Assembly (NCBI RefSeq): GCF_006345805.1
Contig: NW_021826961.1
Coordinates: forward strand, 1 to 11,529
Source of the DNA: Octopus sinensis
Lineage: Eukaryota
Reading direction: 5' to 3'
Length of the DNA stretch: 11,529 nucleotides
Positions 1 through 7,950 of the stretch are shown here, in pieces (positions within the stretch are counted from its first letter, which is position 1; each line of letters opens with the position of its first letter). A model generated the notes under the pieces. It ran no database searches. It was given only the letters and a program-made list of their open reading frames with translations, and was not told where the DNA came from. Both the position numbers and the translations under genes were made by a program.

Positions 1-120
1 CAGTTGCAGATGGATGGAGAGAGAGAGAGAGAGACAGACAGACAGAGAGATGGATAAGCAGACAAATAGAAAGATACAGACAAAGAACATGTCTCTACTT
101 CTATCTCCTTAACTTCTTGG

Positions 121-304
121 AGATTTTAGGTATAATTATATTCATGTGTCCATCTGTTCTAATTTAATTAAATTCTATGTCTTTATGCAGCTGAGGATTG
201 CTCTACATTTTAAACTGATGTAATGATTGCATTGTTCAGTTAATGGAGTTGCATGAAACGATCGTACTGCATTACCTTTGGATACCCTTGTTGCTTATTT
301 TGGT
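121..304 (+). mobile_element. Short HHR-bearing element (Penelope pseudo-LTR/retrozyme-like), family A copy 1; 5' boundary uncertain
   Basis: Contains the HHR. Its 3' end CTTGTTGCTTATTTTGG runs into (TA)n and is shared with the copies at 361-480 and 6430-6657. Confidence 0.55.
185..272 (+). ncRNA. Type I hammerhead ribozyme, family A, apparently intact
   Basis: Helix I ATGCAG 185-190 pairs with CTGCAT 267-272. Core CTGAGGA 191-197. Long helix II: TGC 199-201/GCA 251-253, CATT 206-209/AATG 242-245, AACTGA 213-218/TCAGTT 236-241, TGTAA/TTGCA. GAAA 255-258, palindromic helix III ACGATCGT 258-265, GUA cleavage triplet 264-266. Confidence 0.8.
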
Positions 305-322
305 ATATATATTATATAATAT

Positions 323-360
<38 letters not shown>
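304..360. repeat. (TA)n microsatellite between two tail-to-tail family A copies
   Basis: Directly visible. Confidence 0.95.
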
Positions 361-480
361 ACCAAGAAAAACAACAAGAATGGATCGGTAGATTAGTACA
401 ATTGTTTCATACTATAAACATTTAATTTCAAGCTGCAAATATTACAGAAGATATTACAGCAGCAGTTTTTTGCTGAAATT
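361..480 (-). mobile_element. Family A copy 2, internally deleted (only the 3' half of the HHR is kept)
   Basis: Minus strand reads (TA)n-ATTTCAGCAAAA...GTGAAACAATTGTAC...CTTGTTGTTTTTCTTGGT-(TA)n. Termini match copy 3, but no CUGANGA box is found. Confidence 0.55.
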
Positions 481-627
481 ATATATATATATATATATAT
501 ATATAAGAATGCATATAGATATATACACAAACAGAAGATCTAAAGCAGGACTCCTTACATATATATGTAGGTATGTAAGTGTGTATATATATATATATAA
601 ATACACATACACACACCACACACATAT

Positions 628-925
628 ATAGATAGATAGATCGATAGATAGATAGACAGAGAGACAGACAGAAAGATAAACAGATAGTTAGACAGGCAGA
701 CAGACAGGTAGGTAGGTAGGTAGATAGACAGACAGACAGGTAGGTAGGTAGATAGATAAATAGATAGATAGATAGTTAGAGAGATAGATGGACAGACAGG
801 CAGACTGACGGATGGATGGGTGGGTGGATGGATGGGTGGATGGGTAGACAGATAGATAGACAAACAGAAAGGTAGAAAGACAGCCAGCCAGATGAAGAGA
901 GAGAGAGAGAGAGAGAGAGATAGAC
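628..925. repeat. Compound (GATA)n/(GACA)n/(GGTA)n/(GGAT)n/(GA)n microsatellite
   Basis: Directly visible. Confidence 0.95.
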
Positions 926-1092
926 AGAAAGCCGATACAGAGATTCAAACCAGCAGATTTATATTAGACCCTTCCAGACAAGCGGGCGACAGATAGACAG
1001 ATGGACATTATTGCTGTCAGGCGGAGGAGAGAGGGTGCAATGCTTTGTGCATTCTTGTGCAATAAACTGGGTTAACACGTTAGATCTACCTA

Positions 1093-1128
<36 letters not shown>

Positions 1129-1336
1129 GGGCTGGGGGGGGTTGATCTGAACCTATTTTAAAATCCGGTTGGCTTATATTGATTTTTTTTTTGCTTTTTA
1201 TGGCTCTTCGCTCGGCTCGGCGGGGGGGGTCCCCTCCTCCTCTTCCTCATCCTCCCACCTCCCCTCGTGGACCTTCACTCGACCCGACCCCCACACTCTG
1301 TTTATCTCTTGTTACACTCGTGCACATGTAGGAATG

Positions 1337-1369
1337 CATGTGGTGTGTGTGTGTGGTGTGTGTGTATGT

Positions 1370-1408
<39 letters not shown>

Positions 1409-1525
1409 TTATATATATACACATATATATATTGTATATATACATATATATATATATATATACATTCATATTCATATATATGTGTTTATATATGTATATA
1501 TGTATATATGCATGTATGTAAATGT

Positions 1526-1559
<34 letters not shown>

Positions 1560-1715
1560 ATATATAAACATTTATATACACTTGCATATACATATATCTA
1601 TATACACACATACACACATTTATATATATACACATACACACCTACATACGCAAACACATAAATGTATATGTGTGTATATATATACATAAACAAATACATG
1701 CACATAGATACATAA

Positions 1716-1772
<57 letters not shown>

Positions 1773-1880
1773 TATGTATACATAACTATATATGTATATC
1801 TACACACATGCACACAAACATGCATGTATGTACATACAGTGAGTGTATATCAATATGTGTGTGTGTTTGTGTCTGTGTGT
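1337..1880. repeat. Compound (TG)n/(TA)n/(CA)n/(TACA)n low-complexity tract
   Basis: Directly visible; explains the YIYI and VCVC ORFs. Confidence 0.95.
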
Positions 1881-1939
1881 CTCTGTCTTTCTCCATAAAA
1901 AAATAAAAATCACACCTTTCCCTTTTCTCTGCACCAATC

Positions 1940-2036
1940 AGTCTGTCTGTCTGTCTGTTTGTCTCTGTCACTGAATTTTCTTTGTTCCAGTTCTCCTGTC
2001 TGTTCGTCTTTTGGGATATTTCTCTCGATTTCTCCA

Positions 2037-2100
<64 letters not shown>

Positions 2101-2150
2101 CCTACTGTCTGTCTCTCTGTCTATCTATCTATCTTTCTATCTATCTATCC

Positions 2151-2207
<57 letters not shown>

Positions 2208-2254
2208 CCTGTCTGTCTCTCTGTCTATCTATCTATCTTTCTATCTATCTATCC

Positions 2255-2291
<37 letters not shown>

Positions 2292-2550
2292 CCTATCTAT
2301 CTAACTATCTATCTACCTGTCTGTCTGTCTGTCTATCTATCTATCTTTCTATCTCTCTCGCTCTCTGTCTATCTATCTATCTATTTGTCTATCTATCTAT
2401 CTATCTGTTCATCTGTCTATCTATCTATCTATCTATCTCTTCTTCTATCTGTCTACCCATTCATCTGTTTATATGTCTATCTGTCCGTCCGTCCGTCTGT
2501 CTGTCTATCTGTCTATCTATCTGTCTGTCTGTCTGTCTGTCTGTCTGTTT
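1940..2550. repeat. Long (TCTA)n/(TCTG)n tetranucleotide microsatellite
   Basis: Directly visible; explains the SIYL ORFs. Confidence 0.95.
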
Positions 2551-2847
2551 ATCTCCTCACATCATCACCACCTCCACCACCAACACCAAGAGCCCCAACA
2601 ACAACAATAACAACAGCAACAACAAGATATATCCCTAAACAATCCTTAGTTCCAACTGCCAATATTTACCATTGTCTGTCTGTGTGTCTGTCTGGCTTAA
2701 CCCCCACCCCACCTCTCTCTCCCCAACAGCTGTGAGTCATCTTCCTCTATTTTGTGCTTGAAATCCCCTCCTCCTCTCCCTGGCAATGCTCCACCCCTGG
2801 ACGCCCCCCCCCCCGGATCCCCTTTTCTGCATTTCCTCTTCCTCGAC

Positions 2848-2936
2848 ATCACCACCACCACAACCACCGCCACCACCACAATCATCACCACCACCACCAC
2901 CGCCGCCACTACCACCACCACCACCACCATCATCAC
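2848..2936. repeat. Imperfect (ACC)n trinucleotide repeat inside a GC-rich non-TE island
   Basis: Directly visible. Confidence 0.9.
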
Positions 2937-3113
2937 CCCCTCCCTCAGGTGTTTCTTTGGCTGTTTTTCACCCCTTCTGTCCTCCTCTGCTTCCTCCAAC
3001 ACCGAACCCCCCCCACCCGCCAGATCCCACCATGCAGAGCTGGGGTGGGGTGGGGAGAAAATGGGTTCTGGGGAGACCTTGAGGGAGCAAGGGGCTCCAT
3101 GACTCCATTTTCG

Positions 3114-3323
3114 TTGCTATAACAACCCTTGGCCCAGCGGTGAGGAGTGGAGAGGCAGTTTCATGGCAGCGGCAGCAGTGTGGTGGGGATGGGGGGGTTT
3201 GGGGACGGAGGGGGGGCTCTTTCACCTTCCCTTTTTTTTATACTCCCTCCCACCCATTCACCTTAACCAACCCTCTACTGTATTCCAATGTTTTGGTAGA
3301 GACTATCACCTACCCCTACCAAT
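3114..3323 (-). promoter_or_regulatory. Candidate Pol II promoter cluster: 2x CCAAT, TATA box and RFX X-box
   Basis: CCAAT on + at 3285-3289 and 3319-3323; TATAAAA on - at 3242-3236. GTTGCTATAACAAC (~3114-3127) fits the X-box consensus GTHNYY-AT-RRNAAC. A weaker X-box-like GTTTCATGGCAGC lies at ~3158-3170. Motif matches only. Confidence 0.3.
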
Positions 3324-3355
3324 ACTACCACCACCACCGCTATGTACCTATTGAC

Positions 3356-3722
3356 TAAACACACACACACACATGTACACATACAGACACACACACATGT
3401 AAACACACATGTATACACACATGTACACACACACACACATAGACACACACACACATGTACACACACACACCCATGCACACACACACACATGTACACAGAC
3501 ATGTACACACACACACCCATGTAGACACACACACACCCATGTAGACACACACATGTACACACACACACACATGTACACACACACACATGTACACACACGT
3601 AGACACACACACATACACATGTACACACACACACATGTACACACACACATAGACACACATACACCTGTACACACACACACACTCATGCACACATCCACAC
3701 GTATAATATATACACACACATA
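3356..3722. repeat. (CA)n-derived minisatellite with recurring CATGTA punctuation
   Basis: Units like ACACACACACATGT and ACCCATGTAGAC are repeated many times. Confidence 0.9.
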
Positions 3723-4001
3723 CAGTGTGTAGCTTTTGAATGGGTGTATAAGCATGTGTAGATGCTGACTGGATGTATAGATACAGTGTGTAGAAATTGC
3801 ATGGTTAAATAGGCAGTGTGTATAACTGGTTCTGAATCAAGGTCCATATGGCCCCTGAGGGCTCAGTATGATATTTAGGGGTCGACACAGCATAATAGTA
3901 AATTGGGGAGCCACAACAGTATTTTAAGGGCCCCTGAAAAAATTTTGCTTTATATGTATGTATTCTTTTCTACTTTAGATACAAGGCCCCAAATTTTTGA
4001 A

Positions 4002-4409
4002 CTCTTTTACTTGTTTCAGTCATTTGACTGCAGTCATCTGGAGCACCGCCTTTAGTCGAGCAAATCAACCCTGAGACTTATTCTTTCGTAAGCCCAGTAC
4101 TTATTCTATCGGTCTCTTTTTTCCCGAACCGCTAAGTGACGGGGACGTAAACACACCAGCATCGGTTGTCAAGCAATGCTAGGGGGACAAATACAGACAC
4201 ACAAACATACACACACATATATATATATATATATATACACATATATGACAGGCTTCTTTCAGTTTCCGCCTACCAAATCCACTCACAAGGCATTGGTCGG
4301 CCCGGGGCTATAGCAGAAGACACTTGCTCAAGGTGCCACGCAGTGGGACTGAACCTGGAACCTTGTGGCTGGTTAGCAAGCTACTTACCACACAGCCACT
4401 CCTACGCCT
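4002..4409 (-). mobile_element. Full-length tRNA-derived octopus-type SINE
   Basis: Minus strand has an A-box-like TGGCTGTGTGG, a B-box-like GGTTCAGTCCC, CORE-like CCTTGAGCAAGT, an internal (TA)/(TG) tract and tail ...AATGACTGAAACAAGTAAAAGAG. Near-identical to 7144-7499 and 8391-8792. Confidence 0.92.
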
Positions 4410-4413
4410 ACGA

Positions 4414-4850
4414 AAAATATTACTGAAAAAAACCCCCAGCTGTTTCTTGCAAAACATACCAATACATACTTCTAAAACTAGATGTTTACAGGGGCCCTTA
4501 AAATACTATTGTGGATCCCAAATTTACTATTTTGCTTGCAGAGACCCCCTTTCATTACTATTTTATTCTGGTGGATCCCCATAGCCATTCAATGTTTAAA
4601 AACTAGTTTTATAGACTCCTTTCGAAATTCCTATTTTATTTTTTACATATTACAAATGGCGGTGCCCCAGCATGGCCACAGCTCGTGAGTTGAAACTAGA
4701 TGAAATAAAAAATAAAAATAAATATTAATTTGTGTTGGTTTAACAATGTAAAATATTAGAGAAAGAAACCCAGCTGTTTCTTGCAATACATACCAATACA
4801 TACATCTAAAGCTAAACGTTTACAGGGGCCCTTAAAATATATACTATTGT
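4414..4850. repeat. ~100-bp direct duplication (4414-4511 and 4750-4850) of the MITE right-hand internal region
   Basis: CCCAGCTGTTTCTTGCAA(A/T)ACATACCAATACATAC...GTTTACAGGGGCCCTTAAAATA occurs twice. Confidence 0.85.
4657..4722 (+). mobile_element. 5'-truncated SINE/LINE 3' tail with an A-rich end
   Basis: GGCGGTGCCCCAGCATGGCCACAG...TGAAAC followed by (TAAAAA)n; homologous to the SINE tail at 7444-7490. Confidence 0.7.
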
Positions 4851-4932
4851 AATTTTACTTTTGTGCTGTGTGGAGCCCAGAAATCTTATATGGACCCTCA
4901 GGAATCATATAGATCCTGGTTGAAAACAACTG

Positions 4933-4990
4933 ATCTAATGAATTCACTCATAAGTTATTGACAGACATTGGGGTACAGTAGAAGGCATAT
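4933..4990 (-). mobile_element. Old SINE fragment (body), left part of a copy split by CR1
   Basis: AATTCACTCATAAG...GGGGTACAGTAGAAGGCA aligns with SINE AATCCACTCACAAGG...GGGGCTATAGCAGAAGACA. Confidence 0.55.
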
Positions 4991-5546
4991 ACTTGCTCAG
5001 AACATTGACCTCCTGGAATCTGTTCAGAGACGTGCAACCAAACGCATACCCTCCATCAGACACCTACCATACTCTGAGTGCCTTGTTTCCCTGGGCATGG
5101 ATTCACTGAAGCTCCGGCGTTTGGCGACGGACTTGGTAAACACCCACAAGGTTATCAACCACCTCACCAACAACAACACTGAACACCTTTTTGATCTCCA
5201 TGTGTCTAACACACGTGGACATGCCTACAAAGTCAGAAAACAACACAGCTCCCATGACTTTCGGAAACATTTTTTCACGCTCAGAGTTGCTGAAGCATGG
5301 AATAAACTGCCTCCATCAGTTGTTGACTGCCATGACACTGCATCCTTTAAGGCCCTCATGCTTTCTGAAATCCGCCGAAACTACACCTGATTGTCCCCCT
5401 TCCATACTCATACACATATGTGTATGTCATGACTCATGCACTGTTCTTTTCCTGACGCTTGTACATTACCCTATGTACTATACACACACTTTAGATGAGT
5501 TGTAGTGCACCTGAGCACTGTACACAATGTTTTATTATTATTATTA
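4991..5546 (+). mobile_element. 5'-truncated CR1-group LINE: ORF2 C-terminus (stop at 5390), 3' UTR and (TTA)n tail
   Basis: Translation IDLLESVQRRATKRIP...LKLRRL..DL...TRGH.YK....FFTLRV..AWNKLP matches the post-RT C-terminal motifs of CR1-type ORF2. Confidence 0.9.
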
Positions 5547-5547
5547 C

Positions 5548-6016
5548 TTTTTTTTTTCCTCTTTCAAATTTGCTTCCAATTCTCGCCGAGTGTCTTCCCG
5601 ACTCCTAGGGCAAAGAAACTCATAGTACACACCAGTAGGCCATCAAACCAAACTCAATAGTTCGTTCATTTTTTTTTTTTTTTTAAGTTAAATTAAAATA
5701 CATGGGTAGTAATAATTCTCACAGCGACAATGCTCTTCTCAATACATGCGATGTACCAGTTAAGACAATCTTTTGCACTTCTTGCAGGGATGGTAAGCCA
5801 GGGATCATTCTCATATAATTTTCGGTTCCCTTCTTGATCATTCCTAGTGCTCCTACGATCACTGGTATTGTAACCGCCTTGAGATGCCACATTTTCTCAA
5901 TTTCAATGAGTAGGTCTTTATATTTTCTGAGCTTGTCAAACTCTTTCGCTGAGATATTATGATCACAGGGGATGCTCATGTCGATCAATAAGCAAACTTT
6001 ATTGTTTTGGTCTTTC
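5548..6016 (-). mobile_element. 5'-truncated R4/Dong-like non-LTR retrotransposon: restriction-like endonuclease domain, 3' UTR and poly(A)
   Basis: KDQNNKVCLLIDMSIPCDHNISAKEFDKLRKYKDL...IPVIVGALG is the RLE C-terminal signature. Stop at 5719-5721; T-run at 5548-5557 is the poly(A). Flanked by TTATTATTATTATTAC at 5532-5547 and 6025-6040. Confidence 0.88.
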
Positions 6017-6039
6017 TTTTATTATTATTATTATTATTA

Positions 6040-6122
6040 CCCAGGGTACCACACAGTGGGACTGAACCTGAAATCAGTGAGTCAGAAAACGAATAGAACC
6101 ACGCAGCCATGCCCTCTGCCTA
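6040..6122 (-). mobile_element. Old SINE head, right part of the copy split by CR1/Dong
   Basis: CCCAGGGTACCACACAGTGGGACTGAACC...ACCACGCAGCCA...GCCTA matches the SINE head. Confidence 0.75.
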
Positions 6123-6289
6123 TATCTATCAAGGATACAGTTCATTTTAGTAGCAATCTCTGATTACGCTATCTGACTAGTTTGTTTTTTTATCTCGTTG
6201 TTTGTCTAGACAGGTTTGTCCCAGATAAACTTAGGTCCATGTCATACATTAATCACATCCTCCCAGTTTGCTGTGTCAAAGAGTTGAAG

Positions 6290-6410
6290 CTTTAGGTTCC
6301 GAGTTCAAATCTTGCTGAGGTCCATTTTGATTTTCTTCCTTTACTGAGGGGACACAAAAAGAGCATCTGTCAGTGGGGGCAATTTCATCAACTTCCCTTC
6401 CCCTCAAATT
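6290..6410 (+). mobile_element. Highly decayed SINE of a second family (Nin/Deu-domain-like)
   Basis: B-box-like GAGTTCAAATC followed by GAGGTCCATTTTGATTTTCTTCCTTT...GGGGGCAAT...CCCTTCCCCTCAAA, resembling the Nin/Deu central domain as recalled. Confidence 0.45.
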
Positions 6411-6429
6411 TATATATATATGTATATAT

Positions 6430-6657
6430 AATCAAAATAAGCAACAAGCATATCTTCAGTAATTTGGTACAATCGTTTCACGCTACATCATTTTATTAAA
6501 CATTGTAAGTATTACTACAGTTTTAAAATGTTGAGCAATCATCAGCCATTTATATTTTGATTATAATCACCCCATGGATTTATATGGATAACACCGTACA
6601 AAATTCTGGTGCATCTAACTTAAGTACCATATTCATTTGAATCTAAATTTTGCTGAA
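6430..6657 (-). mobile_element. Family A HHR-bearing element copy 3, ~230 bp, flanked on both sides by (TA)n
   Basis: Minus strand: (TA)n-TTCAGCAAAA...HHR...CTTGTTGCTTATTTTGAT-(TA)n. Confidence 0.7.
6463..6550 (-). ncRNA. Type I hammerhead ribozyme, family A
   Basis: CTGATGA at 6545-6539. Helix II TGCT/AGCG, CATTTTA/TAAAATG, AAAC/GTTT, TGTA/TACA. GAAA at 6479-6476, helix III ACGATTGT, GUA triplet at 6470-6468. Helix I is only TGG/CCA. Confidence 0.72.
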
Positions 6658-6690
6658 TATATATATATATTTTCGCACACACATGCACAC

Positions 6691-6856
6691 ATGATGGGCT
6701 TCTTTCAGTTTCCATCTACCAATTCCTCTCGCAAGGCTTTAGTTGGCCCGATACTTCAGTAGAAGACTCTTACCCGAGGTGCCATGCAGTGGGACTGAAC
6801 CTGGAATCATGTCATCGGGAAGCGAACTTTTTATCACACAGTCACCCCTGCACCTA
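6691..6856 (-). mobile_element. SINE 5' half (head plus core), diverged
   Basis: GGGCTTCTTTCAGTTTCCATCTACC...CAGTGGGACTGAACC...GCACCTA. Confidence 0.85.
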
Positions 6857-6908
6857 TTATGTGTGTAATATGTGAAACCCTCAGCAATCCCCAGCTGATT
6901 CTAATGCA

Positions 6909-7032
6909 TTTTATGTGGGACCAGCACGGGTGCTTTTTACGTGGGACTGGCACAGGAACCTTTTATGGGGACCAATTTGGGAGCTTTTTATGTGGTGCCT
7001 GCATGGGTGCTATTGTGTAGCACTGGCACGGG
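6909..7032. repeat. Degenerate minisatellite, ~5 copies of a 24-27 bp unit
   Basis: Unit approximately TTTTAYGTGGSACYRGCACGGGTGC. Confidence 0.7.
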
Positions 7033-7143
7033 GTTCTCACAGGCCAGTCCTCTTCAGTATTGGGTGCAGTGTTAGCTCCAGTGGATTTGTATGTATGCAA
7101 AGCAGGCAAGTCCTAGTTCTGTTGCACTTATAAACATAGTTTA

Positions 7144-7499
7144 TAGGCGCAGGAGTGGTTCCAGGTTCAGTCCCACTGCGTGGCACCTTGGGAAAGTGTC
7201 TTCTACTATAGCCTCGGGCCGACCAAAGCTTTGTGAGTGGATTTGGTAGACAGAAACTGAAAGAAGCCCGTCGTGTATATATATATATATGTGTGTGTTT
7301 GTGTGTTTGTCCCCTAACTTCGCTTGACAACCGATGCTGGTGTGTTTACGTCCCCATCACTTAGCAGTTTGGCAAAAGGGACCGATAGAATAAGTACTAG
7401 GCTTACAAAGAATAAGTCCTGGGGTCGATTTGCTCGACTAAAAGGCGGTGCTCCAGCATGGCCACAGTCAAATGACTGAAACAAGTAAAAGAGTAAGAG
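7144..7499 (+). mobile_element. SINE, near full length, with a 35-bp deletion in the tRNA head
   Basis: Same family as 4002-4409. The head reads GGAGTGG|TTCCAGGTTCAGTCCC and lacks CTGTGTGG...CACATGG. Confidence 0.92.
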
Positions 7500-7898
7500 A
7501 TAGTCTTTCTGAGCTAAGACTGAGCAACTGATGAGGACCTGGATGATGTGGTCATTTGTTTCTTCCCAAACGCCACATATTCTGTAATTACCTTATTCTG
7601 TTCCTTAACGAGCCATTAGTGGGGGTTTTTTTTTGGAGGCGGGGATCTGTGATCCCATGTTGTTGTCAAATCTAGACGCAGTTCGTTTTTCAGATGTTGC
7701 TAACATTAGATACAAGATACTAAGTGGCCTCAATGACTTATTAAATGTGACACTATTGCTACTATAAGTATGTGTCAACGACTTGGAGGTGACGGTGGTG
7801 GAGAGATGACGGCATTTAAAACTATATACACTTTCCACTGTCAAAACACGTGTCACATTTAGTCTGTTAGATATAGTAGTAATAGTAACAATGTCTAT

Positions 7899-7950
7899 GA
7901 TAATAATAATAATAATAATAATTAATAATAATACAAATAATAATAATAAT
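7899..7950. repeat. (TAA)n microsatellite
   Basis: Directly visible. Confidence 0.9.

Larger units (their letters stand above)
3824..4932. mobile_element. Degenerate non-autonomous DNA transposon (hAT-like MITE) with ~110-bp inverted arms, interrupted by SINEs
   Basis: 3824-3936 (AACTGGTTCTGAATCAAGGTCCATATGGCCCCTGAGGG...TTTTAAGGGCCCCTG) is the diverged reverse complement of 4822-4932 (CAGGGGCCCTTAAAA...GGACCCTCAGGAATCATATAGATCCTGGTTGAAAACAACTG). The terminus resembles CAGTGGTTCTCAACC of hAT elements. No 8-bp TSD found. Confidence 0.6.

Noticed and set aside
555-2735. Long ORFs rich in SIYL, YIYI or VCVC (up to 258 aa)
   Set aside because: Translations of microsatellites that lack stop codons; no coding signal.
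3275-3755. Cys/Val- and His/Thr-rich ORFs resembling metal-binding proteins
   Set aside because: Products of the (CA)n minisatellite.
4340-4409. tRNA-like sequence with A and B boxes
   Set aside because: It is the SINE head and continues into the SINE body; not a tRNA gene.
4166-4584. ORFs similar to those at 7037-7330 and 8566-8897, suggesting a gene family
   Set aside because: The similarity comes from shared SINE sequence.
6909-7032. CRISPR-like repeat array
   Set aside because: Eukaryotic context, degenerate contiguous units, no unique spacers and no cas genes.
7657-7767. Peptide NIRYKILSG resembling a cadherin repeat motif
   Set aside because: No flanking DxD or LDRE motifs and an immediate stop codon; likely chance.
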